From: Escherichia phage vB_EcoM_G2133 | Sequence record: MK327928.1 | Direction: 5' to 3' (one strand) | DNA: 64,000 bases | In this document: piece after piece, positions 19,169-27,491 of the stretch | How positions within the stretch are numbered: position 1 is the first letter of the stretch | Layout: each line of letters starts with the position of its first letter | Notes under the pieces: model-generated | The model's database searches: none | What the model was told of the DNA's origin: nothing | What the model saw: the letters and a program-made list of their open reading frames with translations, nothing else | Program-made: the position numbers and the translations under genes

Positions 19169-20137
19169 TTATTTCAGAAGAGTAACCTCAGCAATTTCTT
19201 CCCAACCGTTTTTGTCGGTCATAATAAAGTCAGCAAGATAAAGTGCAGTACGCAGTGAAACATTGCGTAAACGGTTAACATTGACTTTCATCCATGATAA
19301 TGCTTTATAAGTTTCTTCATCAGAAAGACCGCGCTTTTGCATCATGTCGGTTGAAAGAATAACATCTTCAACCCTGACCATAATTTCTTCATTAGTGTGA
19401 ACACCCAAATCTAAATAAACTGAGCGGGACACTAATGCTTGTAAATGTGGAGCAAGTTTAGTACCACGGTCTAATTCGCGGTCAATATCAACGTTTGTGA
19501 TAAAAACAATCGTTCCTTTAAATTCAAACTCACGCTCAATGCCTTTTTCTTCTAAGTAAGAAGATGCAGTGCTCCAGCAGACTTTACGGGTCTCTCCAGT
19601 GTCCAGAGCAGCTTTCAGAAGATTAAGAATGTCCATATCAGAGAAAACATCCACATCATCAATCAAAAGGACAGAATTCTCTTCACGATTATTCCAGAGC
19701 TGTTCATAAAGACCGATACCAGAGATTTTACCGTTAATGCTTTTATATTCAATGTATCCAATATCATTTGCTTTATTTAAAGCTTTATCTAAAGAATACG
19801 TTTTACCAATACCTGCTGCTCCCGAGATAATTAATGAACGAATGTTTCCGTTAATAATACCATTCGTCATCATTCCCATAACATTAAATCTTTTATTAAT
19901 GCGGGTTTTCATATCTTCATATGATTCTTTAACTTCTTCAACTTTTACACCATCATATGAAATGTCTGATTTGTAAACCCAAACACCGCGACGTTTACCG
20001 TCAATTTCAACAAAAACTTTACCATCTCCTTGTGCATCTACTGGAGCATTATCTGGGAACCATTCGCCTAAGAGCTCAAAAGTTCCAGAGATTTCTTTAC
20101 CGAAGTAGATACCCTTATTGATAGTTACAGTTTTCAT
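19169..20137 (-). CDS. P-loop NTPase (Walker A and B), function unknown
   Basis: Start at the ATG at 20137 (track start is TTG); Walker A SGAAGIGKT and Walker B LLIDDVD. Confidence 0.6.
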   Translation of the reverse strand: MKTVTINKGIYFGKEISGTFELLGEWFPDNAPVDAQGDGKVFVEIDGKRRGVWVYKSDISYDGVKVEEVKESYEDMKTRINKRFNVMGMMTNGIINGNIRSLIISGAAGIGKTYSLDKALNKANDIGYIEYKSINGKISGIGLYEQLWNNREENSVLLIDDVDVFSDMDILNLLKAALDTGETRKVCWSTASSYLEEKGIEREFEFKGTIVFITNVDIDRELDRGTKLAPHLQALVSRSVYLDLGVHTNEEIMVRVEDVILSTDMMQKRGLSDEETYKALSWMKVNVNRLRNVSLRTALYLADFIMTDKNGWEEIAEVTLLK

Positions 20138-20174
20138 TTTATTCTCCAAATCTGTATCAGTAGTTGATAGTTGT

Positions 20175-20204
20175 ATAGTACCATAAAGCTTTATGCTTGT
20201 AAAC
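20175..20204 (-). promoter_or_regulatory. T4-type early promoter
   Basis: GTTTAC, 18 nt, TACTAT; conserved CAACTATCAACTAC box downstream; A/T-rich upstream element. Confidence 0.55.
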
Positions 20205-20230
20205 CGTTTTGTGAAAAAATTTTTGAAATA

Positions 20231-20254
20231 AAAAAGGGGACCTCTAAGGCCCCT
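20231..20254 (-). terminator. Intrinsic terminator
   Basis: GGGG(a)CC-tctaa-GGCCCC hairpin followed by U5 on the minus-strand RNA; lies just 3' of ORF 20263..20748. Confidence 0.5.
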
Positions 20255-20262
20255 TTATGCTT

Positions 20263-20748
20263 TTATTCCATTTCTATTATATGCATGTTCTTTTTGCTAT
20301 CAAAATATATGTTTTTAACTGTTAACTCCGAATTAATTGGCAATAAAAACTCTCTTTCATAATCTACCATACAAAGGTTATCATAAAGCTTGTTAAGCTT
20401 ATCATCGTCAGTTTGGCCAGATTCTTCAATTGCGATTAAATTTTCTAAAATGTCAATCATAGCAGTCGAATAGTCAAAAACGTTTGCATTTTTTAACACT
20501 ACTAAAACATTAGTCATATAGCGTTCTGCAGCAAACGTTTCAGCTATATGAGACTCACTGCTAAAGGAAGTTATTCTTTTAAATTTGATTCTCCTATTAA
20601 CTTCAAACTTATAAGATAGCACTTCCTCTATTGTAAGTCCTCTAAAAAGTGTGTCTTTAATCTCAAGTTTGTCTTTAATGTAATCATTAACACGCTTATG
20701 ATTAAAATTATTAATTTTGTTGCCAAGGCATTGCATTAAAATATGCAT
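20263..20748 (-). CDS. Hypothetical protein
   Basis: 161-aa ORF with ATG start and GAGGAG Shine-Dalgarno, flanked by its own promoter and terminator. Confidence 0.5.
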   Translation of the reverse strand: MHILMQCLGNKINNFNHKRVNDYIKDKLEIKDTLFRGLTIEEVLSYKFEVNRRIKFKRITSFSSESHIAETFAAERYMTNVLVVLKNANVFDYSTAMIDILENLIAIEESGQTDDDKLNKLYDNLCMVDYEREFLLPINSELTVKNIYFDSKKNMHIIEME

Positions 20749-20794
20749 TGTATTCTCCTCAATTTTTAAAGAGCAATTAATTAACTACACGTAT

Positions 20795-20824
20795 ATTATA
20801 ATATGCTTTGCGGCAGAAGTAAAC
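20795..20824 (-). promoter_or_regulatory. T4-type early promoter
   Basis: GTTTAC, 18 nt, TATAAT on the minus strand. Confidence 0.55.
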
Positions 20825-20850
20825 AACTTTGTGACGTCATTTTAAACAAA

Positions 20851-20871
20851 AAAAGGAGCCCGAAGGCTCCC
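20851..20871 (-). terminator. Intrinsic terminator
   Basis: GGAGCC-uucg-GGCUCC hairpin followed by U7 on the minus-strand RNA. Confidence 0.6.
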
Positions 20872-20873
20872 TA

Positions 20874-21884
20874 TCATTTATAATAACTTCGATGGTTTTC
20901 AAGATAGACTTTCTCAAGGAAGTCATCCCAAAAACCCATGTCCACTTTTTGCTGCATACCGTTCTTAGAAGCTTCAGTAGATGCTGCTTCTACTTGATCG
21001 ACCACATCTTCCAAAAACTCTTGAACGGTTTTAAATGGATGTTTACCCAACTTCACGTCGAGAATAAATGGAGCGTCTTGAAGTGGATAAACCAAGTCGC
21101 CAGTTTTGTAAATTTCCAATAGTTGAAGTCCACCACGACAGGCATGGCTCAGAGCTTTCCAGTCAATACCTTCATTGGCTTCGGCCTTACGAGCACGTTC
21201 ACCATATTCAGCATCTAATTTGTTCAGTGACTGCTTAAGCTCAATAAGAGAAAGAGTTGTCTGATATTTACGACCCAACACTGTGTAAAACGTTTGTGGG
21301 CCTGTTTTCTCATGATTATGGAACACCCATTCACAGAATTCGTTTTCTGGAAGACGATGCTTAATATCTTCAACTTTAGTACGACGCTGCTTAATGGAAC
21401 CGTCTTCTTGGTAATCAACCCATTGCTCAGGGATTTGATTAACTACTTTCAATACATCACGTAATGCAGCCAAACGAGAACCCTTGACACCGTATTTAGA
21501 AGCTTGCTTGCGGACATATCCTAAATAGGATTTCATGTTAGTCGTATAAAAACGAGAACGGTTGTCTTGAATAAACTTCCATACATCAGGCAAATCGGAT
21601 TTAACCACTAGTTCAGGTGGAGTGTGAAGCATATCCAACGCTACAGTTTCACCATCTGCCGCTAATTTAAAGAAATATTTAAGACTGTATAGTTCATGGT
21701 CAATATCATCTTTAGTGTTTTTAGATGATGTGTTGTTAGTGTTTTTACTCATGTGCTCTTTGACATTTCCGATAAGAATATCACGAGCAGGAGGAACAAA
21801 AATTTCTTTAAAATCTACATCAGATTCTGGGGTAGAAGTTCCATAAAGATGACTACCAAAATAAGACTTAACTACAGTTTTCAT
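20874..21884 (-). CDS. Nucleotidyltransferase-fold protein (Pol-beta-type GS...DxD motif), function unknown
   Basis: Motif FGSHLYGTSTPESDVDF (G-S, ten residues, DxD); start is uncertain (ATGs at 21884, 21899, 21908) and overlaps the 3' end of the HNH gene. Confidence 0.55.
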   Translation of the reverse strand: MKTVVKSYFGSHLYGTSTPESDVDFKEIFVPPARDILIGNVKEHMSKNTNNTSSKNTKDDIDHELYSLKYFFKLAADGETVALDMLHTPPELVVKSDLPDVWKFIQDNRSRFYTTNMKSYLGYVRKQASKYGVKGSRLAALRDVLKVVNQIPEQWVDYQEDGSIKQRRTKVEDIKHRLPENEFCEWVFHNHEKTGPQTFYTVLGRKYQTTLSLIELKQSLNKLDAEYGERARKAEANEGIDWKALSHACRGGLQLLEIYKTGDLVYPLQDAPFILDVKLGKHPFKTVQEFLEDVVDQVEAASTEASKNGMQQKVDMGFWDDFLEKVYLENHRSYYK

Positions 21885-22647
21885 TATTAGACCTTTCATA
21901 ATCTTCATTAAATTGTACAATCAATCGATGATAATTAGATTTTGGATATCCTAATTTACTTATATAAGTTCCGAATGACCCACGTTTAGGTCTATTTAAT
22001 TTAATCCATAACTTATAAAGTAAGTCATAGTCTTGCCAATGTTTACCAGTTCTTTGTCTAATTTTAGATGAATTTGATTGTTTCTTTTTAGTTTCAAAAT
22101 TATTCAAAGATTTTTTGACTGCAGCAGAGTGTTTTTCTTTAACTCCCGGTCGTTTAAAAGCAGCTTTCACCCCTTTAGATATTTTTTCTTTAACTTCCGG
22201 TTTGTTTTGTGCTTCTAACTGGGATTCTGAAATTTTAGCCCTTATTTCAGGAAGACTTAATGTTATCGAACGTTTTTCTCTGTATTCATTAGACTTCCAC
22301 ATTTCTTTCATTGTATTAGAATGTATTTTTGAAAATTTTTCTCTAACTAACTGATATCCTCTTGAAGTTAATTTGAGATTTCTTCCTAAAGAATCTTCTC
22401 CAAAATTATAAAATGACCACCATGCATAAATTAATCCAGGCGAATTATAATGAATTTTAGCTAAAAGCCAATGGGCTATAAAATGCTCTCTAGCTGTTAA
22501 TAAAACTAGATTATCAGAATCATCATTACCACCAATACAAGATGGAATAATATGATGCTTTTCCGTATAAAAATTTAATTTAGATTTATCTAATTTTCTG
22601 AGTTTTCCTTTCTTAATTAAATTATTATATACTTTAGTATAATTCAT
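21868..22647 (-). CDS. HNH homing endonuclease (Mob family; mobD-like by position)
   Basis: 259 aa; HHIIPSCIGGNDDSDNLVLLTAREHFIAHWLL HNH motif and lysine-rich C-terminal repeat motifs. Confidence 0.7.
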   Translation of the reverse strand: MNYTKVYNNLIKKGKLRKLDKSKLNFYTEKHHIIPSCIGGNDDSDNLVLLTAREHFIAHWLLAKIHYNSPGLIYAWWSFYNFGEDSLGRNLKLTSRGYQLVREKFSKIHSNTMKEMWKSNEYREKRSITLSLPEIRAKISESQLEAQNKPEVKEKISKGVKAAFKRPGVKEKHSAAVKKSLNNFETKKKQSNSSKIRQRTGKHWQDYDLLYKLWIKLNRPKRGSFGTYISKLGYPKSNYHRLIVQFNEDYERSNNENCS

Positions 22648-22721
22648 TGGTTCTTCGTCTCATTTAATTTTGCTTTGCATTTATAACACATGTCTGTTCC
22701 ACTTGAAATAAACATATTTCC

Positions 22722-23255
22722 TCACTTCGAAATCATAGTTGGAATGACAGAATCAAGATAAGTCTTTAGCGCAATAGCTTCGTCTTTGGTAAATGTGACA
22801 ATATGTGATCGAAAATCGTCAATTTGGCGAATAGTTAAGACATCTCCCTCTTCATAACATTTTGATACATTTAAAAGAGTTTCATCATTCTGATTGCAAG
22901 CGTTAGTAATAATAGCATTGCAATTTTTGAGCCATTTTAAACTATGTTTTCTTTCATTAGAATAATAAAAATATTTAATCTTAGCTATAAAACTATCCCA
23001 ATGGATAACTGATAAACACATTGACTCACTTTTAATATTAAATCCTGGGCATGAAGAATAAAAATGAATTTTGTGCTCATCATTGATGCTTACAATTTTA
23101 TCAGTATAAGGATATTCAATTTGGGTTAAATGAATAATTTCACTAGATGTAAAATACAGCATATCGTCTTCTTGCGTCAAACGATACATATTATTTACTT
23201 TTTCTATAGCCAATTCACCAAAAAGTGGACTAACTTCTAATACTAATCGTTTCAT
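22722..23255 (-). CDS. Hypothetical protein
   Basis: 177-aa ORF with ATG start. Confidence 0.45.
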   Translation of the reverse strand: MKRLVLEVSPLFGELAIEKVNNMYRLTQEDDMLYFTSSEIIHLTQIEYPYTDKIVSINDEHKIHFYSSCPGFNIKSESMCLSVIHWDSFIAKIKYFYYSNERKHSLKWLKNCNAIITNACNQNDETLLNVSKCYEEGDVLTIRQIDDFRSHIVTFTKDEAIALKTYLDSVIPTMISK

Positions 23256-23256
23256 A

Positions 23257-23523
23257 TTAATCCTTTTTATTTGCGCTGATTTGTTCTAAAATTTTAGAGT
23301 ATTCCTTTGTATCAGATTTACGTACAATCGATACGCTATACGGCATACTATCGGTGTCTTTTATAAAGCGTTCCAAATGACACTCTAATAAAATTTCTGG
23401 ATTATAAATCGTGTACATCAAATTACCTGTTGCTCCACGATATTGACAGATTTCTACTGATTGAACATCATTCCATAATTTTGTTAAGACCAAATCACCT
23501 ACTTCTAATTTAGGAAAGCCCAT
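23257..23523 (-). CDS. Hypothetical protein
   Basis: ORF trimmed to the ATG at 23523. Confidence 0.4.
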   Translation of the reverse strand: MGFPKLEVGDLVLTKLWNDVQSVEICQYRGATGNLMYTIYNPEILLECHLERFIKDTDSMPYSVSIVRKSDTKEYSKILEQISANKKD

Positions 23524-23524
23524 G

Positions 23525-23710
23525 TTATTCACCAATTAAAGTTTCAATATAAGAATCAAGATTTACTTTAGCTTCTTCCATAAGAGTTTTGTATTTAATC
23601 TTGTTGGCATGTCCGGAGAAAGCTGATTCATCAATAATTGTTGATGTATGAACAGCTTTACTATACGTCTCAATTAATTCTCTTAATTTAAAAGCCTGCT
23701 CACTTGTCAT
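23525..23710 (-). CDS. Hypothetical small protein
   Basis: 61-aa ORF; its ATG overlaps the stop of an upstream mini-ORF (TAATG). Confidence 0.4.
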   Translation of the reverse strand: MTSEQAFKLRELIETYSKAVHTSTIIDESAFSGHANKIKYKTLMEEAKVNLDSYIETLIGE

Positions 23711-23808
23711 TACATACTCCTTTGAATAATATCAATAATGTTGTTCACTAGATTATAAGTAAACATTGGGTAATTATATTGAATCATCACATACACAACA
23801 AACAAAAC
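23710..23808 (-). CDS. Possible 33-aa hydrophobic peptide (not in the ORF track)
   Basis: ATG at 23808 preceded by AAGGAGAAGAGA; translation MKVLFVVYVMIQYNYPMFTYNLVNNIIDIIQRSM; lies between an early promoter and the next gene. Confidence 0.3.
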   Translation of the reverse strand, partial: VLFVVYVMIQYNYPMFTYNLVNNIIDIIQRSM

Positions 23809-23842
23809 TTTCATTCTCTTCTCCTTGACAGTTGACAAGATT

Positions 23843-23872
23843 ACTATACCATAACCTTGCCAACTTGTAAAC
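23843..23872 (-). promoter_or_regulatory. T4-type early promoter
   Basis: GTTTAC, 18 nt, TATAGT on the minus strand. Confidence 0.5.
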
Positions 23873-24037
23873 CGTTAAATGTTGTTTTCAATAAAATTTT
23901 GAAGCTTTGTGTGAGCATCAACCATGATTTTCATTTCTTCTTTGGCGAAAGCTGTGCCTCTTTCACGAGAAGAACATTCATAGTCAGAAACTGCATTAGC
24001 ATATTCTTCAATTAGTTTCATTAAAAACATCTGCTTT

Positions 24038-24232
24038 TCAGTTTTCATTATTCCACCTAATCATTTCAAGATATTGAACTAACTTAGCTTTGGATTTATC
24101 CAAATCCTTTTTAGCTGCTTCTATACCGTCGTATGAATATCCTTCACAATGCTCAACTGCTAATTGATATGAATCTATTTCAATATCACGTGCTAATTTA
24201 ATGATTTTTTCAAACTGTTCGCGTGTTAGCAT
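24038..24232 (-). CDS. Hypothetical small protein
   Basis: 64-aa ORF with ATG start. Confidence 0.4.
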   Translation of the reverse strand: MLTREQFEKIIKLARDIEIDSYQLAVEHCEGYSYDGIEAAKKDLDKSKAKLVQYLEMIRWNNEN

Positions 24233-24234
24233 AA

Positions 24235-24438
24235 TTAAACTCTCGTATTATGATCGATAATTTCATCAAGAAACATATCTAACGCTTCTAAAGCATTATC
24301 AACTTTAGCTTCAAGTTCATCAGCACCTTTATTTGCAATGCCTGACGAAAACCAAGCAAAGTCACTAAGTTCCTCGTCTGCCTTGCGAATTGAAGCCACT
24401 AATTCCTTGATTTTATCCGCTTGCTCTACACTAATCAT
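24235..24438 (-). CDS. Hypothetical small acidic protein
   Basis: Start at the ATG at 24438, overlapping the upstream stop (TAATG). Confidence 0.4.
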   Translation of the reverse strand: MISVEQADKIKELVASIRKADEELSDFAWFSSGIANKGADELEAKVDNALEALDMFLDEIIDHNTRV

Positions 24439-24626
24439 TATTCCACCACATATGAAAGAGAGAATATTGCACACGCCATGTGAGTTGCAACTTCATCACA
24501 CATATTATAACGTTTCTTAAGAAGTTCTACAAGTTTTTCACTGGTAACTTCATCCATGTTGACGAAAAAATCACCATTAATGATGACGTAGATATTTCCT
24601 TCTTGATTAAGTGCTTCAATTTTCAT
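24438..24626 (-). CDS. Hypothetical small protein
   Basis: Start at the ATG at 24626 with GAGGAG Shine-Dalgarno, just downstream of an early promoter. Confidence 0.4.
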   Translation of the reverse strand: MKIEALNQEGNIYVIINGDFFVNMDEVTSEKLVELLKKRYNMCDEVATHMACAIFSLSYVVE

Positions 24627-24654
24627 GATGTTCTCCTCTTTATCCGATGGTTGT

Positions 24655-24684
24655 ATAGTACCACGGCTCAAACGAAAAGTAAAC
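24655..24684 (-). promoter_or_regulatory. T4-type early promoter
   Basis: TTTAC, 18 nt, TACTAT on the minus strand. Confidence 0.5.
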
Positions 24685-24694
24685 AGGTAAAATG

Positions 24695-24716
24695 AAAAAA
24701 GTCTCCCGAAGGAGAC
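24695..24716 (-). terminator. Intrinsic terminator
   Basis: GUCUCC-uucg-GGAGAC hairpin followed by U6 on the minus-strand RNA. Confidence 0.6.
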
Positions 24717-24721
24717 TAATG

Positions 24722-25108
24722 TTATTCGAGGGAAAGAAGATATTTACTCTGGTAAAACATTCCAGTAATATCATCTATAGTGCTTTGGATGGCTGGAGGC
24801 ATTTCTTTATAAATGCTGTTAGATTGGTCTAATATGCGATCAATCATTTTAATTGTGTCGGTAGGAAGTTTACTGGCATCTGGAATTGAAGGTGTGTATT
24901 TTCTACCAGAATACCCCAAATACTGCTCACCAAATTTGTCAATCAAATCTGGTAACTCGGAGAAAATAAAATCGTATGCTTTATGTCTAGCATAACTTTT
25001 AGTTTCAAAATGTGCAGAATGAAAATAAGCTTGTGCAGCCATTAATAAACCTAAGTATTCATCTGCCTTTGAAGGTTTTCCACTTTGTGAAAAGTCGCTG
25101 AATTTCAT
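24722..25108 (-). CDS. Hypothetical protein (rI.1 position)
   Basis: 128 aa; ATG overlaps the rI stop (ATGA). Confidence 0.45.
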   Translation of the reverse strand: MKFSDFSQSGKPSKADEYLGLLMAAQAYFHSAHFETKSYARHKAYDFIFSELPDLIDKFGEQYLGYSGRKYTPSIPDASKLPTDTIKMIDRILDQSNSIYKEMPPAIQSTIDDITGMFYQSKYLLSLE

Positions 25109-25398
25109 TCAGTCTCCAATTTAATGTTCATAATTCTAGCGTATGATTGTGCCATCTCCGCGCCTCGTTCTATACATTCAAAATCAGAAGAGCACGGGTC
25201 ATTTTTATAGGTCGTTCTCATAAAACTATAGAATTGTTCAGACGATTCTACGCTTTTATTTTCAAAAAGCATATAAACATGTCTAATACCAGATTCCATA
25301 AATTTATCAAAATGAGGATCGACATTCGCTTCAATTGGTGGAGATAAAGCAAATGACAATCCTAGCATGGCAAATAGTGCCGTTGCTTTTAAGGCCAT
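25105..25398 (-). CDS. rI: Lysis-inhibition regulator RI
   Basis: 97 aa with an N-terminal signal-anchor; MALKATALFAMLGLSF...NVDPHFDKFMESGIRHVYMLF matches T4 RI. Confidence 0.8.
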   Translation of the reverse strand: MALKATALFAMLGLSFALSPPIEANVDPHFDKFMESGIRHVYMLFENKSVESSEQFYSFMRTTYKNDPCSSDFECIERGAEMAQSYARIMNIKLETE

Positions 25399-25410
25399 AA
25401 AGGCCTCCTA

Positions 25411-25623
25411 TCATTTTTGTCCTGTATTTACTTTATGCCGGTGCACGGCCTTAACTTTATCAAGGTATTTTTCAAAATTTCGCAATCTAGTATAGTCTGC
25501 CGGAGATTGGTTGAGTGATACTTCTCGACGCAAAGCTGAAATGATATTTCCAACTTCCCTACGAATTTCATCTAATTGAAGCACAGTAAGATTGCGAAGT
25601 TGCTTTTCAGTTAATTGTAGCAT
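25411..25623 (-). CDS. Hypothetical small protein (rI.-1 position)
   Basis: 70-aa ORF with ATG start. Confidence 0.4.
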
Positions 25624-25665
25624 ATATACCCCTTTAGTTAGATAAACCTATTTATAACTTTTGCA

Positions 25666-26247
25666 CTAACCGAGCTTTTTAGTTAATTCATTCCAATGTT
25701 TTCTACACAAAGAAACATAAATTTCATCACCAATACAGATTTGATTACCTTCTTTAACTGGTGTTCCATCTTCCATTAATCGAGCTGTCATAATCGCTTT
25801 TTTGCCGCAATGACAAACTGCCTTTAGTTCAATAAGTTTATCTGCAATCGCCAAAAGTTCTTTAGAACCTTCAAACAATTTTCCAGCGAAATCAGTCCTT
25901 AGACCATAAGCCATAACAGGAACATTATATGTATCAACAATTCGACTTAATTGATGCACCTGTTCAGTTTTTAAAAACTGAGCTTCATCTACAAATACGC
26001 AATGAATATCTTTTTGTGCTTCAGCCCATTTATAGAACTCAAAAATATCCATATCATCTGTAATAATATTCGCTTCCTGTTTAATTCCAATGCGAGAAAC
26101 GACTTCGCAGACAGAATCGCGAGTATCAATAGCAGGCTTAAGAACTAATACACTCATTCCACGCTCTTTATAATTATGCGCAGCAGTCAAAAGAGAAGCA
26201 GATTTTCCAGCATTCATTGCTGCATAAGTAAAAATTAAACTCGCCAT
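25666..26247 (-). CDS. tk: Thymidine kinase
   Basis: 193 aa; P-loop NAGKS and Zn-ribbon cysteines (CHCGKK...CRKH); matches T4 Tk. Confidence 0.9.
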   Translation of the reverse strand: MASLIFTYAAMNAGKSASLLTAAHNYKERGMSVLVLKPAIDTRDSVCEVVSRIGIKQEANIITDDMDIFEFYKWAEAQKDIHCVFVDEAQFLKTEQVHQLSRIVDTYNVPVMAYGLRTDFAGKLFEGSKELLAIADKLIELKAVCHCGKKAIMTARLMEDGTPVKEGNQICIGDEIYVSLCRKHWNELTKKLG

Positions 26248-26256
26248 ATCACCTTC

Positions 26257-26442
26257 TTAAAGCGTATTCACATAAGCTATTAATTCGTTTTCTTTCTTAT
26301 CAAACCGATCAGCAAATTCTTCCTGCTGTTCGGGAGATAACGGGCCGTATTCATCATAAAAGGTGTTTGCTTCTGTATGCTCATCTAGAAGTTCATGGAT
26401 AAGCTCAAACAATTTATCTTTTTGTTCTTTTCTTAGACTCAC
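26257..26442 (-). CDS. Hypothetical small acidic protein
   Basis: 61-aa ORF; apparent GTG start. Confidence 0.35.
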   Translation of the reverse strand: MSLRKEQKDKLFELIHELLDEHTEANTFYDEYGPLSPEQQEEFADRFDKKENELIAYVNTL

Positions 26443-26611
26443 AGTATGTCAATCCCCAAAAGTTTTAAAATGACTCGTTTCTGATTCATAACCGCTACGA
26501 TTGAATGACCGTTAGGGTCTTTTTGACCCGATCCAATTATAAATCCTTTTTGTGCAGAAAGTTCAATCAAAACATCAAGTTCACGTAATAATTGATATTT
26601 TAAATCATCAT

Positions 26612-26824
26612 TCATTTTGGTTTGCCTTCTTTAACGAAATCAGGATAAGGATAAAATCCCGAATAAAATCCTTCACCTTTATGATTGATGCATCCTTTAT
26701 TAGAACAATAGCACCAATAATCGAAATCACAAGCCATTTCATCATTACATAAAGCAAAAACAACAGGCCATTTACACTTTTCACAATGGGCATTTTTAAG
26801 AATACTAGTTTGGCTCATAACCAT
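26612..26824 (-). CDS. Hypothetical Cys-rich small protein
   Basis: Start at the ATG at 26824; cysteine pairs CEKC...CNDEMAC...CYC...GC. Confidence 0.4.
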   Translation of the reverse strand: MVMSQTSILKNAHCEKCKWPVVFALCNDEMACDFDYWCYCSNKGCINHKGEGFYSGFYPYPDFVKEGKPK

Positions 26825-27027
26825 GTAACCTTTAAGCAATATTCTTCTACGTGCTGTTTACGACCTTTCTTATCAATAAAGGTATATTCAACGAATGTTC
26901 CAATGTAGTCTTTATCTACATCATGTGGACTATTAATTGGACATTTAGTACGGCAAATGCGTTCCCATTGACGGATAATTACTGCCTTATTCTTTGGGTC
27001 ATACGGATGTGGATAATGTATATTCAT
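26815..27027 (-). CDS. Hypothetical small protein
   Basis: Start at the ATG at 27027, overlapping the macro-domain gene stop (ATGA). Confidence 0.4.
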   Translation of the reverse strand: MNIHYPHPYDPKNKAVIIRQWERICRTKCPINSPHDVDKDYIGTFVEYTFIDKKGRKQHVEEYCLKVTWL

Positions 27028-27491
27028 AATAATGGTTCCCAATCAACAATCACAATTTCTAATTTAGAAGAATATGTATCTAAAATCCCCTCAATAATAT
27101 CCCAGTTCCCTTTACCTATGCCTGCACCAATCCTAGGCATATAGATTGTAGGTTTAATCAGTTTATTTTCACCAAACTCATTTAATTCTAACATACAATT
27201 CATTAAAGCGGAATACTCAAAATTTGGCCCTGGTTGAAATTGAGTATAAAGGTTGAAGCAATACGCTTTATGAGTCCTAAAGTATTTTTCATAGACTGAG
27301 TAAGAACCGAGTTTAGTTACATCACCCCATTCAGTCTGTAATTTATCAGCTTCCAAAATTTTAGGGAAAGCTTTGGTTAATTGACCTGCGACTCCAGCTT
27401 TCATCGTGTGAAAACAATTACATCCATGCGCAATATTTTTACCTTCAGCGAAAAGGGCGACAATATCGCCCTTAATATATTTTACAATCAT
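27024..27491 (-). CDS. Macro-domain (ADP-ribose binding/processing) protein
   Basis: 155 aa; N-terminal GDIVALFAEGKNIAHGCNCFHTMKAGVAGQ and glycine-rich IGAGIGKGNWD resemble macro-domain signature regions. Confidence 0.55.
   Translation of the reverse strand: MIVKYIKGDIVALFAEGKNIAHGCNCFHTMKAGVAGQLTKAFPKILEADKLQTEWGDVTKLGSYSVYEKYFRTHKAYCFNLYTQFQPGPNFEYSALMNCMLELNEFGENKLIKPTIYMPRIGAGIGKGNWDIIEGILDTYSSKLEIVIVDWEPLL

Noticed and set aside
23826-23840. Two TTGACA hexamers on the plus strand (possible host sigma-70 -35 boxes)
   Set aside because: No matching -10 element at the right spacing and no plus-strand gene downstream.
3297-24695. Plus-strand ORFs embedded in the minus-strand early block (3297..3521, 6220..6417, 8274..8459, 8750..9043, 9616..9840, 10466..10681, 12834..13037, 13463..13696, 13805..14041, 14503..14724, 15891..16073, 18729..18917, 19737..19976, 20171..20362, 20892..21122, 22115..22354, 24338..24520, 24480..24695)
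   Set aside because: All are antisense to well-supported genes or run through promoter and terminator elements; several start with TTG; they are by-products of AT-rich sequence.
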